A stretch of DNA of 40,173 bases from the sequence record SRR22947725_471; one strand, given 5' to 3'. The notes under the pieces were generated by a model. The model saw only the letters and a program-made list of their open reading frames with translations. It was not told the origin of the DNA and made no database searches. This document shows positions 1-7,709 of this stretch, in pieces (the first letter of the stretch is position 1; each line of letters begins with the position of its first letter). The translations under genes and the position numbers were made by a program.

Positions 1-642
1 AGTATAAATACCTGGATTGTATGCATTTCCAGAAACTAAAACATTTATATCCCTTAATCTATCTAGAGTTATGAATGCTTTAGCGCCAATGTATGTAGAA
101 TCAACTTTTGATTTTATCAATAGGCTGGCATCTGACAAAGAAAGACCTGCAAGAGTTATAGGGCCAATATCAGATAAGTTTATTGATCCATCTCTTTTGA
201 TTTGATATGTTTCCTTTTCGTCTTTTTGACCTATTATTTGAATCTCTAAAATGTCCCCATGATCCAAAATATAGTCAGAGCTAAGATTTGGTTCATTTAT
301 TGGCATGAAAGTTGATTGATAGGTTGAAAAAAAATCGCTGCCGAATAAACGAAGATCATTTGTATTTAAATCAAAACCATCATCTTTAAGCCTATCCTCA
401 AGATATTTTAAGTCATCTTCTAGACGTTTCTTTAGATCAGCTAATTGCTTTTTTTCAAGTTTTGTTTGAGATTCAATGCTTCTATAGATAGGATCTTCAA
501 GTGCAGCATTATTATTGGTTTTTTTTGCTATGTCTTCTTGTATATCTTCAGGTAGACTGTTCAGGAATGTTTGATCTAATTCCTGAGCATTAATTGATAA
601 AAATGACAATAGAATAGATGTTAGTAATGTATATTTTTTCAT
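1..642 (-). CDS. SLBB-domain polysaccharide export protein (Wza/KpsD-like), N-terminal part; runs off the window start
   Basis: Not in the ORF track; translated by hand from ATG at 642: MKKYTLLTSILLSFLSINAQELDQTFL...LFGSDFF...FMPINEPNLSSDYILDHGDILEIQIIG...IKRDGSINLSDIGPITLAGLSL...INVLVSGNAYNPGIYT. Shows a signal peptide, a Poly_export motif and the start of an SLBB domain. The frame is open to base 1. Confidence 0.85.
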   Translation of the reverse strand, partial: MKKYTLLTSILLSFLSINAQELDQTFLNSLPEDIQEDIAKKTNNNAALEDPIYRSIESQTKLEKKQLADLKKRLEDDLKYLEDRLKDDGFDLNTNDLRLFGSDFFSTYQSTFMPINEPNLSSDYILDHGDILEIQIIGQKDEKETYQIKRDGSINLSDIGPITLAGLSLSDASLLIKSKVDSTYIGAKAFITLDRLRDINVLVSGNAYNPGIYT

Positions 643-691
643 TTTGATCTTTTTTCTAAATATTATATAGATATATCATCAAATTAAATAC

Positions 692-2602
692 TTAAATATT
701 TAATCCTGGAATTGATATAGACTCGGTTTTAAGAACATGATCAATTAATTCAGAGATAACTTTATCAACTTCTGAATCCCTTATAGTTTCAATTTTAGAC
801 TGAAAAATAAACCTAAAACCAATCTTAATTTCTCTATTTTTTTCGTTGTTATAATAATCAAAAATATAAACATCTTTAAGTATGTCATGTTTTTGTTTTA
901 ACAAATAATTTTGAAGAGTTTCTAGTTTTGAAGGATCAGTTAAAGCAAATGATATATCTCTAGATGAAGTTGGGTATTCTGAAATTGGGGCATACTGCTT
1001 AAAATCAAAATTTGTTCTTTCAATTTTAGCTTTCTGATAATCGATATTAAAAGAATCATCTATTTCAAATTCGGCATAACTTATATGATTTTTTAGTTTC
1101 GTATCCAATGATGACCTAGATATATTGGTTATATTAATATTCAAATCTGATATGCAAGAATTTAAAATATTTTTAACATAGTTATCTGTTATTTTTTTTG
1201 AGAAGTCTCTGTAGTTTTTACCCAGCCTTCCACTTGCAATTATTCCAATGAACCTCTTTCCTTCTTTCGATTTATTGGTATATACATTAGAAATTTCAAA
1301 AAGTTTTACCGAGTCTTGTTGCCTTCTTTCGTTGTATAGAAGATTATTTATTAAAGATTGTTTTAAGTCTATTCTTAAAATATTTTTATTGCTATCCAAA
1401 GGATTATCAATCTTAATTGACTGATCAGTCGCAAAAGAACAAAAGGGGTTATTTATTACTTCATAAAAACCATTGTCAATTAATAGTTTTTTTAGTTTAT
1501 TTTCGTTATTTTCATTTACTTCTTTTTTATTTAACGAGAGCCCAAAATTTTTATTAGCTATGTTGTCATATCCTATAGATCTAGCAATCTCCTCAGATAA
1601 ATCGTTGATAGACCTGACATCATTCCTGTATGAAGGTACCAAAACTTCTCTATCTTTTATTACAAAACCAAGCTTTGATAAATAACCTTTATGCTCTTTA
1701 TCTGGTGAATTAATACCAAGAATTTTGTTAATTTTAGTTATATTAAATGGTATTTTTATTTGATTAAAATCGCCATAAGTATCTTTAAAAATTTTTACCT
1801 CTTTTATAGCTGTATTTTCTTCAACTAATTGTAAAAATCTTCTTAAAACATAGTTGTGGCAATTTGGATCTGTACTTCTTTCAAATTTATGTGCAGCTTC
1901 TGAGGAAATATCGTATTTTACTGATTTACCAATGATAGCTTCTGGATTAAAGTGAGCGCACTCCACAATAACTGTTTTTGTTTTCTTGTCACAACCTGTT
2001 TTTATACCTCCAATAATGCCTGCAAGATTAATAATATGATTATCAGCATTTCTAAATACCAGATTTCTTCCAGATAGTTTAATATTTTTATCAACTAAAG
2101 TTTCTAAATCATGATTACCTTCTACATATTCTAGGATAAGCTTATCGTCAAGCTTGGTATGATCATAGCAATGAGTAGGTTGACCTGTCTCATATGAAAT
2201 ATAGTTAGATATATCAGTGAAAAAATTTATTTTCTTGTTACCTAGTTCCTCAAAATAACTATTTAAGGTTTCATTATATAATGAGGGGATATCATCTATA
2301 ACAATTTTTAAAAATGATATTTCTTTACAATCATTTCGAGCATTGTTTACAAAGTTTAACTGAAAAGGATCTATTTCTTGATTATAAGTTTCTTGAATAG
2401 TATTAACGTCATAAAACAATCTTAAATCTCTTAATAGGCCATTAACTGATAAGCAATCACCTCTATTTGGAGTAAACTCTATATCAAAGATCATATTATC
2501 AATTTCATGCTCATGACCAAGTTGAAATAATTTTTCAGACACCTCCTCAATACCTGGTATTTGTTTGATATGTTTTACCAAATGTGAGTAGGCTATTTTC
2601 AT
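692..2602 (-). CDS. pheT: Phenylalanyl-tRNA synthetase beta subunit (shortened, lacks B2 OB-fold)
   Basis: Motifs TPNRGDCLS, ETGQPTHCYD (B3/4), VPSYRNDV..DLSEEIAR..GYDNI (B5) and a C-terminal FDX-ACB (YPTSSRDISF). ATGA overlap with pheS. Confidence 0.95.
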   Translation of the reverse strand: MKIAYSHLVKHIKQIPGIEEVSEKLFQLGHEHEIDNMIFDIEFTPNRGDCLSVNGLLRDLRLFYDVNTIQETYNQEIDPFQLNFVNNARNDCKEISFLKIVIDDIPSLYNETLNSYFEELGNKKINFFTDISNYISYETGQPTHCYDHTKLDDKLILEYVEGNHDLETLVDKNIKLSGRNLVFRNADNHIINLAGIIGGIKTGCDKKTKTVIVECAHFNPEAIIGKSVKYDISSEAAHKFERSTDPNCHNYVLRRFLQLVEENTAIKEVKIFKDTYGDFNQIKIPFNITKINKILGINSPDKEHKGYLSKLGFVIKDREVLVPSYRNDVRSINDLSEEIARSIGYDNIANKNFGLSLNKKEVNENNENKLKKLLIDNGFYEVINNPFCSFATDQSIKIDNPLDSNKNILRIDLKQSLINNLLYNERRQQDSVKLFEISNVYTNKSKEGKRFIGIIASGRLGKNYRDFSKKITDNYVKNILNSCISDLNINITNISRSSLDTKLKNHISYAEFEIDDSFNIDYQKAKIERTNFDFKQYAPISEYPTSSRDISFALTDPSKLETLQNYLLKQKHDILKDVYIFDYYNNEKNREIKIGFRFIFQSKIETIRDSEVDKVISELIDHVLKTESISIPGLNI

Positions 2603-3324
2603 TTAAACTGGCTAAGAAAATCTAGATTAGATTTATAAAAATCTCTTATATCTGTCACTCCATGTTTTAGCATAGCTACTCTTTCTATTCCTAATCCAAA
2701 TGCTAAGCCACTATACTTATTAGAATCTATATTGCAATTTTCTAAAACAACAGGGTTTACCAATCCACAGCCAAGTATTTCAAGCCAGCTACCTTGTGGA
2801 GAAAGGATATCAACCTCCGCCGATGGTTCTGTAAAGGGGAAATAGGAGGGCCTAAATCTTAATTCAACATCATTACCAAAAAGTGAATATATAACCTTAT
2901 AAATTAAATCTTTGAGTTGGGCGAAACTAACTTCTTTATCTACATAAATACCTTCAACTTGATGAAACATAGGTAAATGAGTAGCATCATCATCTTTTCT
3001 AAAAACTTTTCCACCTGAAATAAATGCTAATGGAGGAGTTTTTTTAAGCATTCCTCTTATCTGGACAGGCGAGGTGTGTGTTCTTAAAAGATTTTGTTTA
3101 TTTTCAACATAAAAAGTATCATGCATCTGACGTGCAGGGTGTGATTTCTTAATGTTTAGCATGTCGAAATTGAACTCTTCTGTCTCAATCTCAGGACCTT
3201 CAACAATTTCAAAACCATATGAAACTAAAAGATTCATAATAGAATCTTTCATGTGGTTTATTGGATGGAGGGATCCTATATCCTCAATTAACTTAGGTGG
3301 TGAAATTCCTTTAGATGCTGACAT
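2599..3324 (-). CDS. pheS: Phenylalanyl-tRNA synthetase alpha subunit (catalytic core only, no N-terminal coiled coil); start ATG 3324 or TTG 3330
   Basis: Motifs HPARQMHDTFY, LLRTHTSPVQIR, DATHLPMFHQVEG, FRPSYFPFTEPS and GLAFGLGIER. Confidence 0.96.
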   Translation of the reverse strand: MSASKGISPPKLIEDIGSLHPINHMKDSIMNLLVSYGFEIVEGPEIETEEFNFDMLNIKKSHPARQMHDTFYVENKQNLLRTHTSPVQIRGMLKKTPPLAFISGGKVFRKDDDATHLPMFHQVEGIYVDKEVSFAQLKDLIYKVIYSLFGNDVELRFRPSYFPFTEPSAEVDILSPQGSWLEILGCGLVNPVVLENCNIDSNKYSGLAFGLGIERVAMLKHGVTDIRDFYKSNLDFLSQFK

Positions 3325-3336
3325 CTTCAAGATGAA

Positions 3337-3684
3337 CTAGCTTGTTGCTGTTTTTACAATTTTCTCAAAAGTTGCATAATCAGAAATGGCTATATCAGAG
3401 AGAATTTTTCTATCTAAAGTAATATCTTTATTAGCCAAAGAATTAACAAGTACAGAATATGAAACACCTAATTCTCTTGCACCAGCATTGATTCTTGCTA
3501 TCCAAAGTGCCCTAAAAGCTCTTTTCTTGTTCTTTCTGTCTCTAAATGCATATTGTAAAGACTTAATATTTGATTGCTTTGCTGTTCTAAATAATCTACT
3601 TCTTGCACCATAATGACCTTTGGTAGCACTTAGTACTTTCTTATGTTTAGCTTTAGCTGTTACTGATTTGGTAGTTCTAGGCAT
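3337..3684 (-). CDS. rplT: 50S ribosomal protein L20
   Basis: Motifs KGHYGARSR, QYAFRDRKNKKR.FR.LWIARINA and LDRKILSDIA; position in the operon. Confidence 0.98.
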   Translation of the reverse strand: MPRTTKSVTAKAKHKKVLSATKGHYGARSRLFRTAKQSNIKSLQYAFRDRKNKKRAFRALWIARINAGARELGVSYSVLVNSLANKDITLDRKILSDIAISDYATFEKIVKTATS

Positions 3685-3687
3685 AAT

Positions 3688-3882
3688 TTATCTTCTTATT
3701 AATTTTGAAGCCATTTTAAGCACAACACCTGATAACTTATTTAGACCTCTGTTATGTCTTTTTCTTTTTGTAGACTGTTTAGTTAGGATATGATTTCTAT
3801 TAGCACTTCTACTCTTCACAGATGATCCAGTTTTCTTAAAGCGCTTAGCAGCTCCAGAATGTGTTTTAAGTTTATATCCCAT
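3688..3882 (-). CDS. rpmI: 50S ribosomal protein L35
   Basis: [16 protein letters not shown]...[12 protein letters not shown]; lies between infC and rplT. Confidence 0.98.
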   Translation of the reverse strand: MGYKLKTHSGAAKRFKKTGSSVKSRSANRNHILTKQSTKRKRHNRGLNKLSGVVLKMASKLIRR

Positions 3883-3900
3883 ATTATTCTTCTTATGTAA

Positions 3901-4434
3901 TTATTTATTCTTCTTTAGAGGCGATAAAACCATCAGCAGTTGTCTTCCTTCCAAAGAAGGTTCTTGATCAACTTGCGAAATATTAGACAGCTCATCTCTT
4001 AGCCTGTTAAGTAGATTAAGACCCATATCGCTATTTAGTATTTCTCTTCCTCTAAATCGGACGCATATTTTAGTCTTATCTCCGTCAAGAATAAAGCTTT
4101 TAATCTTTTTTAATTTAATGTTGTAATCTCCAACATCAGTTGAGGGTCTAAATTTAATCTCTTTGGTAGTATTTCTTTTTACTTTTACTTTTGAAGAAGA
4201 GCTACTTTTCTTTTTATCAAAAAGATATTTACCATAATCAAGAAGTTTGCAAACAACAGGTTCGGCATTGGAAGGTGATACCTGAACTAAATCAAGTGAC
4301 AAGACTTTTGCTGACTCTAGAGCCTCTGTAAGACCAACTAGGCCTTTCTTTTCACCATTGGCGCCTATAAGCATCACTTCATTTGCCCTAATTTTTTCAT
4401 TAATAGGGATTATTTTTTTCTTTAAGGTAGCTAT
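3901..4434 (-). CDS. infC: Translation initiation factor IF-3, with a non-canonical ATA start
   Basis: IF3 motifs INEKIRA.EV.LI, LDLVQVSP..EPVVCKLLDYGKY, KEIKFRP and RFRGRE. The conserved INEKIR lies upstream of the track's start (4377). There is an in-frame ATA at 4434 with SD AGGTGA at 4439-4444, an in-frame TAA at 4462-4464, and no ATG/GTG/TTG in between. Confidence 0.95.
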   Translation of the reverse strand: MATLKKKIIPINEKIRANEVMLIGANGEKKGLVGLTEALESAKVLSLDLVQVSPSNAEPVVCKLLDYGKYLFDKKKSSSSSKVKVKRNTTKEIKFRPSTDVGDYNIKLKKIKSFILDGDKTKICVRFRGREILNSDMGLNLLNRLRDELSNISQVDQEPSLEGRQLLMVLSPLKKNK

Positions 4435-4536
4435 AACTTCACCTGTAAAAATAAATATGATTTATATAAAGCATTAGTTATGAAAAAAAGAGATTAGGGA
4501 TTGGGATTTAAGATTAGCTATATTCATTTTTCGGCA

Positions 4537-4564
4537 ATTTTAAACTAATTTAGCATTTTGGCAA
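4537..4564 (-). promoter_or_regulatory. Candidate sigma70 promoter for the infC operon (TTGCCA-16 nt-TAAAAT)
   Basis: Motif read by eye in the 143-nt gap between pdxH and infC. The AT-rich background lowers specificity. Confidence 0.35.
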
Positions 4565-4577
4565 ATAATATTTATAT

Positions 4578-5177
4578 TCATGGTTGAATAAAAAATTTAT
4601 TCCAAAGACCTTTATCTAAACAAAAAACTTGACGCTTATTAACTCTATTTTTTTGGCCTTCCCAAAATTCAAAATAACTAGGAGTAAAAACATAGCCGCC
4701 CCAGTAGCTTGGTCTAATTAGATTACTATCACTATTATCAAGTGTTGATTTATATTTGGCCTCAACTAGCTCATATGATTCTATTGGTTTTGATTGGTCT
4801 GAGCTAATAGCAAGAACATTTTTTGATTTTTGTCGGTTAGCAAAGTAATTGTCGCTAAAGGCTTTTGAGGTTTTCTTTATAGTTGCTTTCATTCTAATTT
4901 GTACATTAATTTTTGACCAAAATATAACAGCAGATACTTGATCATGAGATTTAAATTGCAATGACTTTGGTGAATGATAATTAGAAAAAAAAATAAAATT
5001 AGTATCAATTACTGATTTAAGATTTACAAAACGTGAATCAACTTCGTTGTTTTCTCGTGAAAATGAAGATAAACATAATGCTTCTATAATTTCTTGTTTA
5101 GATTCATTTGCTAAATCATAGAAATATTTAAGCTTTTGGAATGGCTCGGCAGGATTTAAATTTTTAAAAGTAATCAA
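4578..5177 (-). CDS. pdxH: Pyridoxamine 5'-phosphate oxidase family protein (divergent)
   Basis: Motifs SRFVNLK, FFSNYHSPK, YFANR, SSDQS, RPSYWGGY and FEFWEG...R. The TTG start overlaps the upstream TGA stop. Confidence 0.8.
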   Translation of the reverse strand: MITFKNLNPAEPFQKLKYFYDLANESKQEIIEALCLSSFSRENNEVDSRFVNLKSVIDTNFIFFSNYHSPKSLQFKSHDQVSAVIFWSKINVQIRMKATIKKTSKAFSDNYFANRQKSKNVLAISSDQSKPIESYELVEAKYKSTLDNSDSNLIRPSYWGGYVFTPSYFEFWEGQKNRVNKRQVFCLDKGLWNKFFIQP

Positions 5178-5965
5178 CTATTTATATTATCCTCAAAATA
5201 TCTCAATCGCTCTATGTCATCCTCTTCTGTTTTATTGCCATACTGAATTTCAATAATGTGACATGGTGCATCGTATGGGTTAATTATTTGGTGCCATGCT
5301 TCTCTTTTGATAAATAAAGTCTCTTCTAATTTAAAGTCTATTGGCTTAGCGTCTTCAGGGGGGCCCTCGCTATAATTTACAGTGCACTTACCTTTGCTTA
5401 AAAACCATATTTCACTTCTATGAAAATGACGTTGAAAACTCAGACCTTTTTTTGGTTCAATTATCAGCTCCTTAACTTTTACATTGGTTACGCCTTTGTC
5501 TGTGAAAAGATTATAAAACTTTCCCCAAATTCGATCTTCACCATCATAGGCATGTTTTTTTAGAATCCAACTAGATGAATTTTTTTTGTCCGATCCCCCA
5601 ACTTCAAAATTAAAAGAAACACCATCAACAGACATTTCAGGAATATTTTTTTTATCTCTATCTCCTCCATTGCAAAATATCAATTCATCATTGGGATACA
5701 TAATTTTTAACTTTTCTAGCCCTAAACAACAGCTACCATTTTCATCATCATCAAAACTTATAACTTCATTAACCATTCTAAGATTTTCAATTATTATTTT
5801 TCTTTCGTTAAACGGCATAAAAAACTTATCTTTTTTATTTGCTAGCCACTCATCGCTATTTAAAAGAACAACAAGCTTATCCCCTTTTGACCTTGCTGAT
5901 TCAAAATAGGAGATATGACCAGAATGCAAAGGGTCAAAGCCTCCGCTAACAATCGCAATTTTCAT
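5174..5965 (-). CDS. HxGH cytidylyltransferase-like domain fused to a mannose-6-phosphate isomerase type II-like cupin
   Basis: N-terminus has SGGFDPLHSGH, NSDEWL..KK and CNGGDR. C-terminus has RIWGKF, LSFQRHFHRSEIW and IIEIQYG...EDDIER. Confidence 0.85.
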   Translation of the reverse strand: MKIAIVSGGFDPLHSGHISYFESARSKGDKLVVLLNSDEWLANKKDKFFMPFNERKIIIENLRMVNEVISFDDDENGSCCLGLEKLKIMYPNDELIFCNGGDRDKKNIPEMSVDGVSFNFEVGGSDKKNSSSWILKKHAYDGEDRIWGKFYNLFTDKGVTNVKVKELIIEPKKGLSFQRHFHRSEIWFLSKGKCTVNYSEGPPEDAKPIDFKLEETLFIKREAWHQIINPYDAPCHIIEIQYGNKTEEDDIERLRYFEDNINS

Positions 5966-5998
5966 AATATCATTATACTATTAAATAATACCTATATA

Positions 5999-6655
5999 TC
6001 AAACCAACTCATTTGGTCTTTTAGGGATTTCATTAAATGTTTTTTGTGCAATTTTGCTTTTAGAAAAAATAACAACCCAAGCTGTAACTAAAATTAACTG
6101 TATATATAAAATAATAGAATTATTTTTTACATACCAAACCTCTAAACTACTTTTATAAGGAATAATATATTCTTCGTAAAAGGCCATTGGATCATCCTTG
6201 CTTATTAAAAATTGCTCCTCATCACGAAAAAATATTGAGCCAATGCCTGTCAATCCTGGACGAATTGTATTTAATGTTATCTGTGCTTCTTCTGGATATT
6301 TAGCATAGGTATTTGGAACCATTGGTCTTGGGCCAACAATACTCATATCTCCTTTAATAATATTGAATAATTGTGGTAATTCATTCAATTTCGTCTTTCT
6401 AAGAATCTTTCCTATAGGAAGGACTCGAGGATCATCATGGATTGTTATTTCTCCAGCTCCTATATTTGGACTATCTTTGAGCATGGTTGCAAATTTTAAT
6501 AAACCAAATTCATTTCCATATCTGCCCACTCTTTTTTGAGTATAGAATATCTCACCCTCACCGGTTAATTTCAAAATAAAAATTATAGGAAGTAATAGTG
6601 GTGACAGCAAAATTATTGATATTAAACTTAACAATAAATCAATAAATCTTTGCAT
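5999..6655 (-). CDS. Small monotopic phosphoglycosyl transferase family protein (PglC-like, Bac_transf)
   Basis: RFIDLL followed by a hydrophobic helix with SP; also QKRVG, KFATM, DPRV and NELPQLFNII.GDMSIVGPRP. Confidence 0.9.
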   Translation of the reverse strand: MQRFIDLLLSLISIILLSPLLLPIIFILKLTGEGEIFYTQKRVGRYGNEFGLLKFATMLKDSPNIGAGEITIHDDPRVLPIGKILRKTKLNELPQLFNIIKGDMSIVGPRPMVPNTYAKYPEEAQITLNTIRPGLTGIGSIFFRDEEQFLISKDDPMAFYEEYIIPYKSSLEVWYVKNNSIILYIQLILVTAWVVIFSKSKIAQKTFNEIPKRPNELV

Positions 6656-6656
6656 T

Positions 6657-7694
6657 TTAGTTGTCTCTTTTTATAAAATTTTCAGGAGGTGAAAATCCAC
6701 CAGTTTTTGGTAATTTACCTGATGTAAAAAAATCTTTATACCAATCGGTAGTTAAGCTAACTGCCTTTTTCCATTCTGTTTTAGGATTATAATTAAAATC
6801 ATTGACCGCTTTGCTTATGTCAGGACACCTTCTTGATACTGATCCTGGGTAGGTGATAGCTGCTTCATAATCTTCAGTATAATTCAGAAGCTCGCCAATA
6901 TATGTTGTAAGCATCTCCATGCTAATTTCATCTTCTTTTCCAATATGATAAATTTGACCGGATGCTTCCTTGGATTCCATTGCTCCAATAGTGCCCTTCA
7001 CCGCATCATCTATATAACAAAATGCTCTCGTATGATCATGGCCATAAATTTTAAATGGTGATCTTTCTTTTTTTACAAATCTCTCAACAATATGAGGTAT
7101 TGCATGTCCAAACCCCATTTCAGGACCTATGATATTTTGATATCTGACTACCGTACATTCATAATTATATGCTTTTGAAGAATGAATAAAGGCAAGTTCA
7201 CCATGCATTTTTGTTATTGCGTATGTCCATCTGGGGTGTTTCACATCACCGATGCAAAGAGCTACCGTTTCAGGAGTTGGAATTTCACAATCAAATAAAT
7301 CAGAAGTTCCAGCATAATTTTCACTAGATGAAGCAAAAAGCAGTTTCTTTATTGGGTTTCGAGCAATATAGTCTAATGTATTCATAGTAAGTAAAGTATT
7401 TGTTCTAATTACATCCTGGGGATACTCTAGCGTTCTGTTAACACCAACAACTGCCGCAAGCATATAAATTTCATCAAAACTCTGATTTAGTTTATTAAAA
7501 GCTTCGATATTAGTGAAGTCATCAACAACTGCTCTGAAACGATCCTTTTTATTATCATCTGACATAAATTCACTCCAATTTGAACCCTCACGAATATCAG
7601 CTGCAACAATATTACAATCAGATCTTTCAAGCAGAGATGCAACTATATTTCTTCCTATAAAACCACCGCCTCCAAGTACAAGTATTTGTTTCAT
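6657..7694 (-). CDS. NAD-dependent nucleotide-sugar epimerase/dehydratase (extended SDR)
   Basis: Motifs GGGGFIG, FASSSE, YAITK (YxxxK) and TRAFCYIDDAV. Confidence 0.9.
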   Translation of the reverse strand: MKQILVLGGGGFIGRNIVASLLERSDCNIVAADIREGSNWSEFMSDDNKKDRFRAVVDDFTNIEAFNKLNQSFDEIYMLAAVVGVNRTLEYPQDVIRTNTLLTMNTLDYIARNPIKKLLFASSSENYAGTSDLFDCEIPTPETVALCIGDVKHPRWTYAITKMHGELAFIHSSKAYNYECTVVRYQNIIGPEMGFGHAIPHIVERFVKKERSPFKIYGHDHTRAFCYIDDAVKGTIGAMESKEASGQIYHIGKEDEISMEMLTTYIGELLNYTEDYEAAITYPGSVSRRCPDISKAVNDFNYNPKTEWKKAVSLTTDWYKDFFTSGKLPKTGGFSPPENFIKRDN

Positions 7695-7709
7695 TATTTA
7701 CCTCAAAAA

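Noticed and set aside
692-3330. pheS/pheT as pseudogenes because they are short
   Set aside because: The frames are intact, the ATGA coupling is kept, all catalytic motifs are conserved, and the deletions match domain boundaries.
3337-3339. Genome-wide TAG recoding (alternative genetic code or pyrrolysine)
   Set aside because: Other TAG-terminated genes end where expected, with the next gene out of frame or overlapping. No internal TAGs are needed to complete any protein.
4445-4577. Structured RNA, terminator, tRNA or repeat upstream of infC (imperfect TTGCC(A/G)AAAATG-like duplication)
   Set aside because: No convincing stem or cloverleaf. The repeat is short and imperfect in AT-rich DNA.
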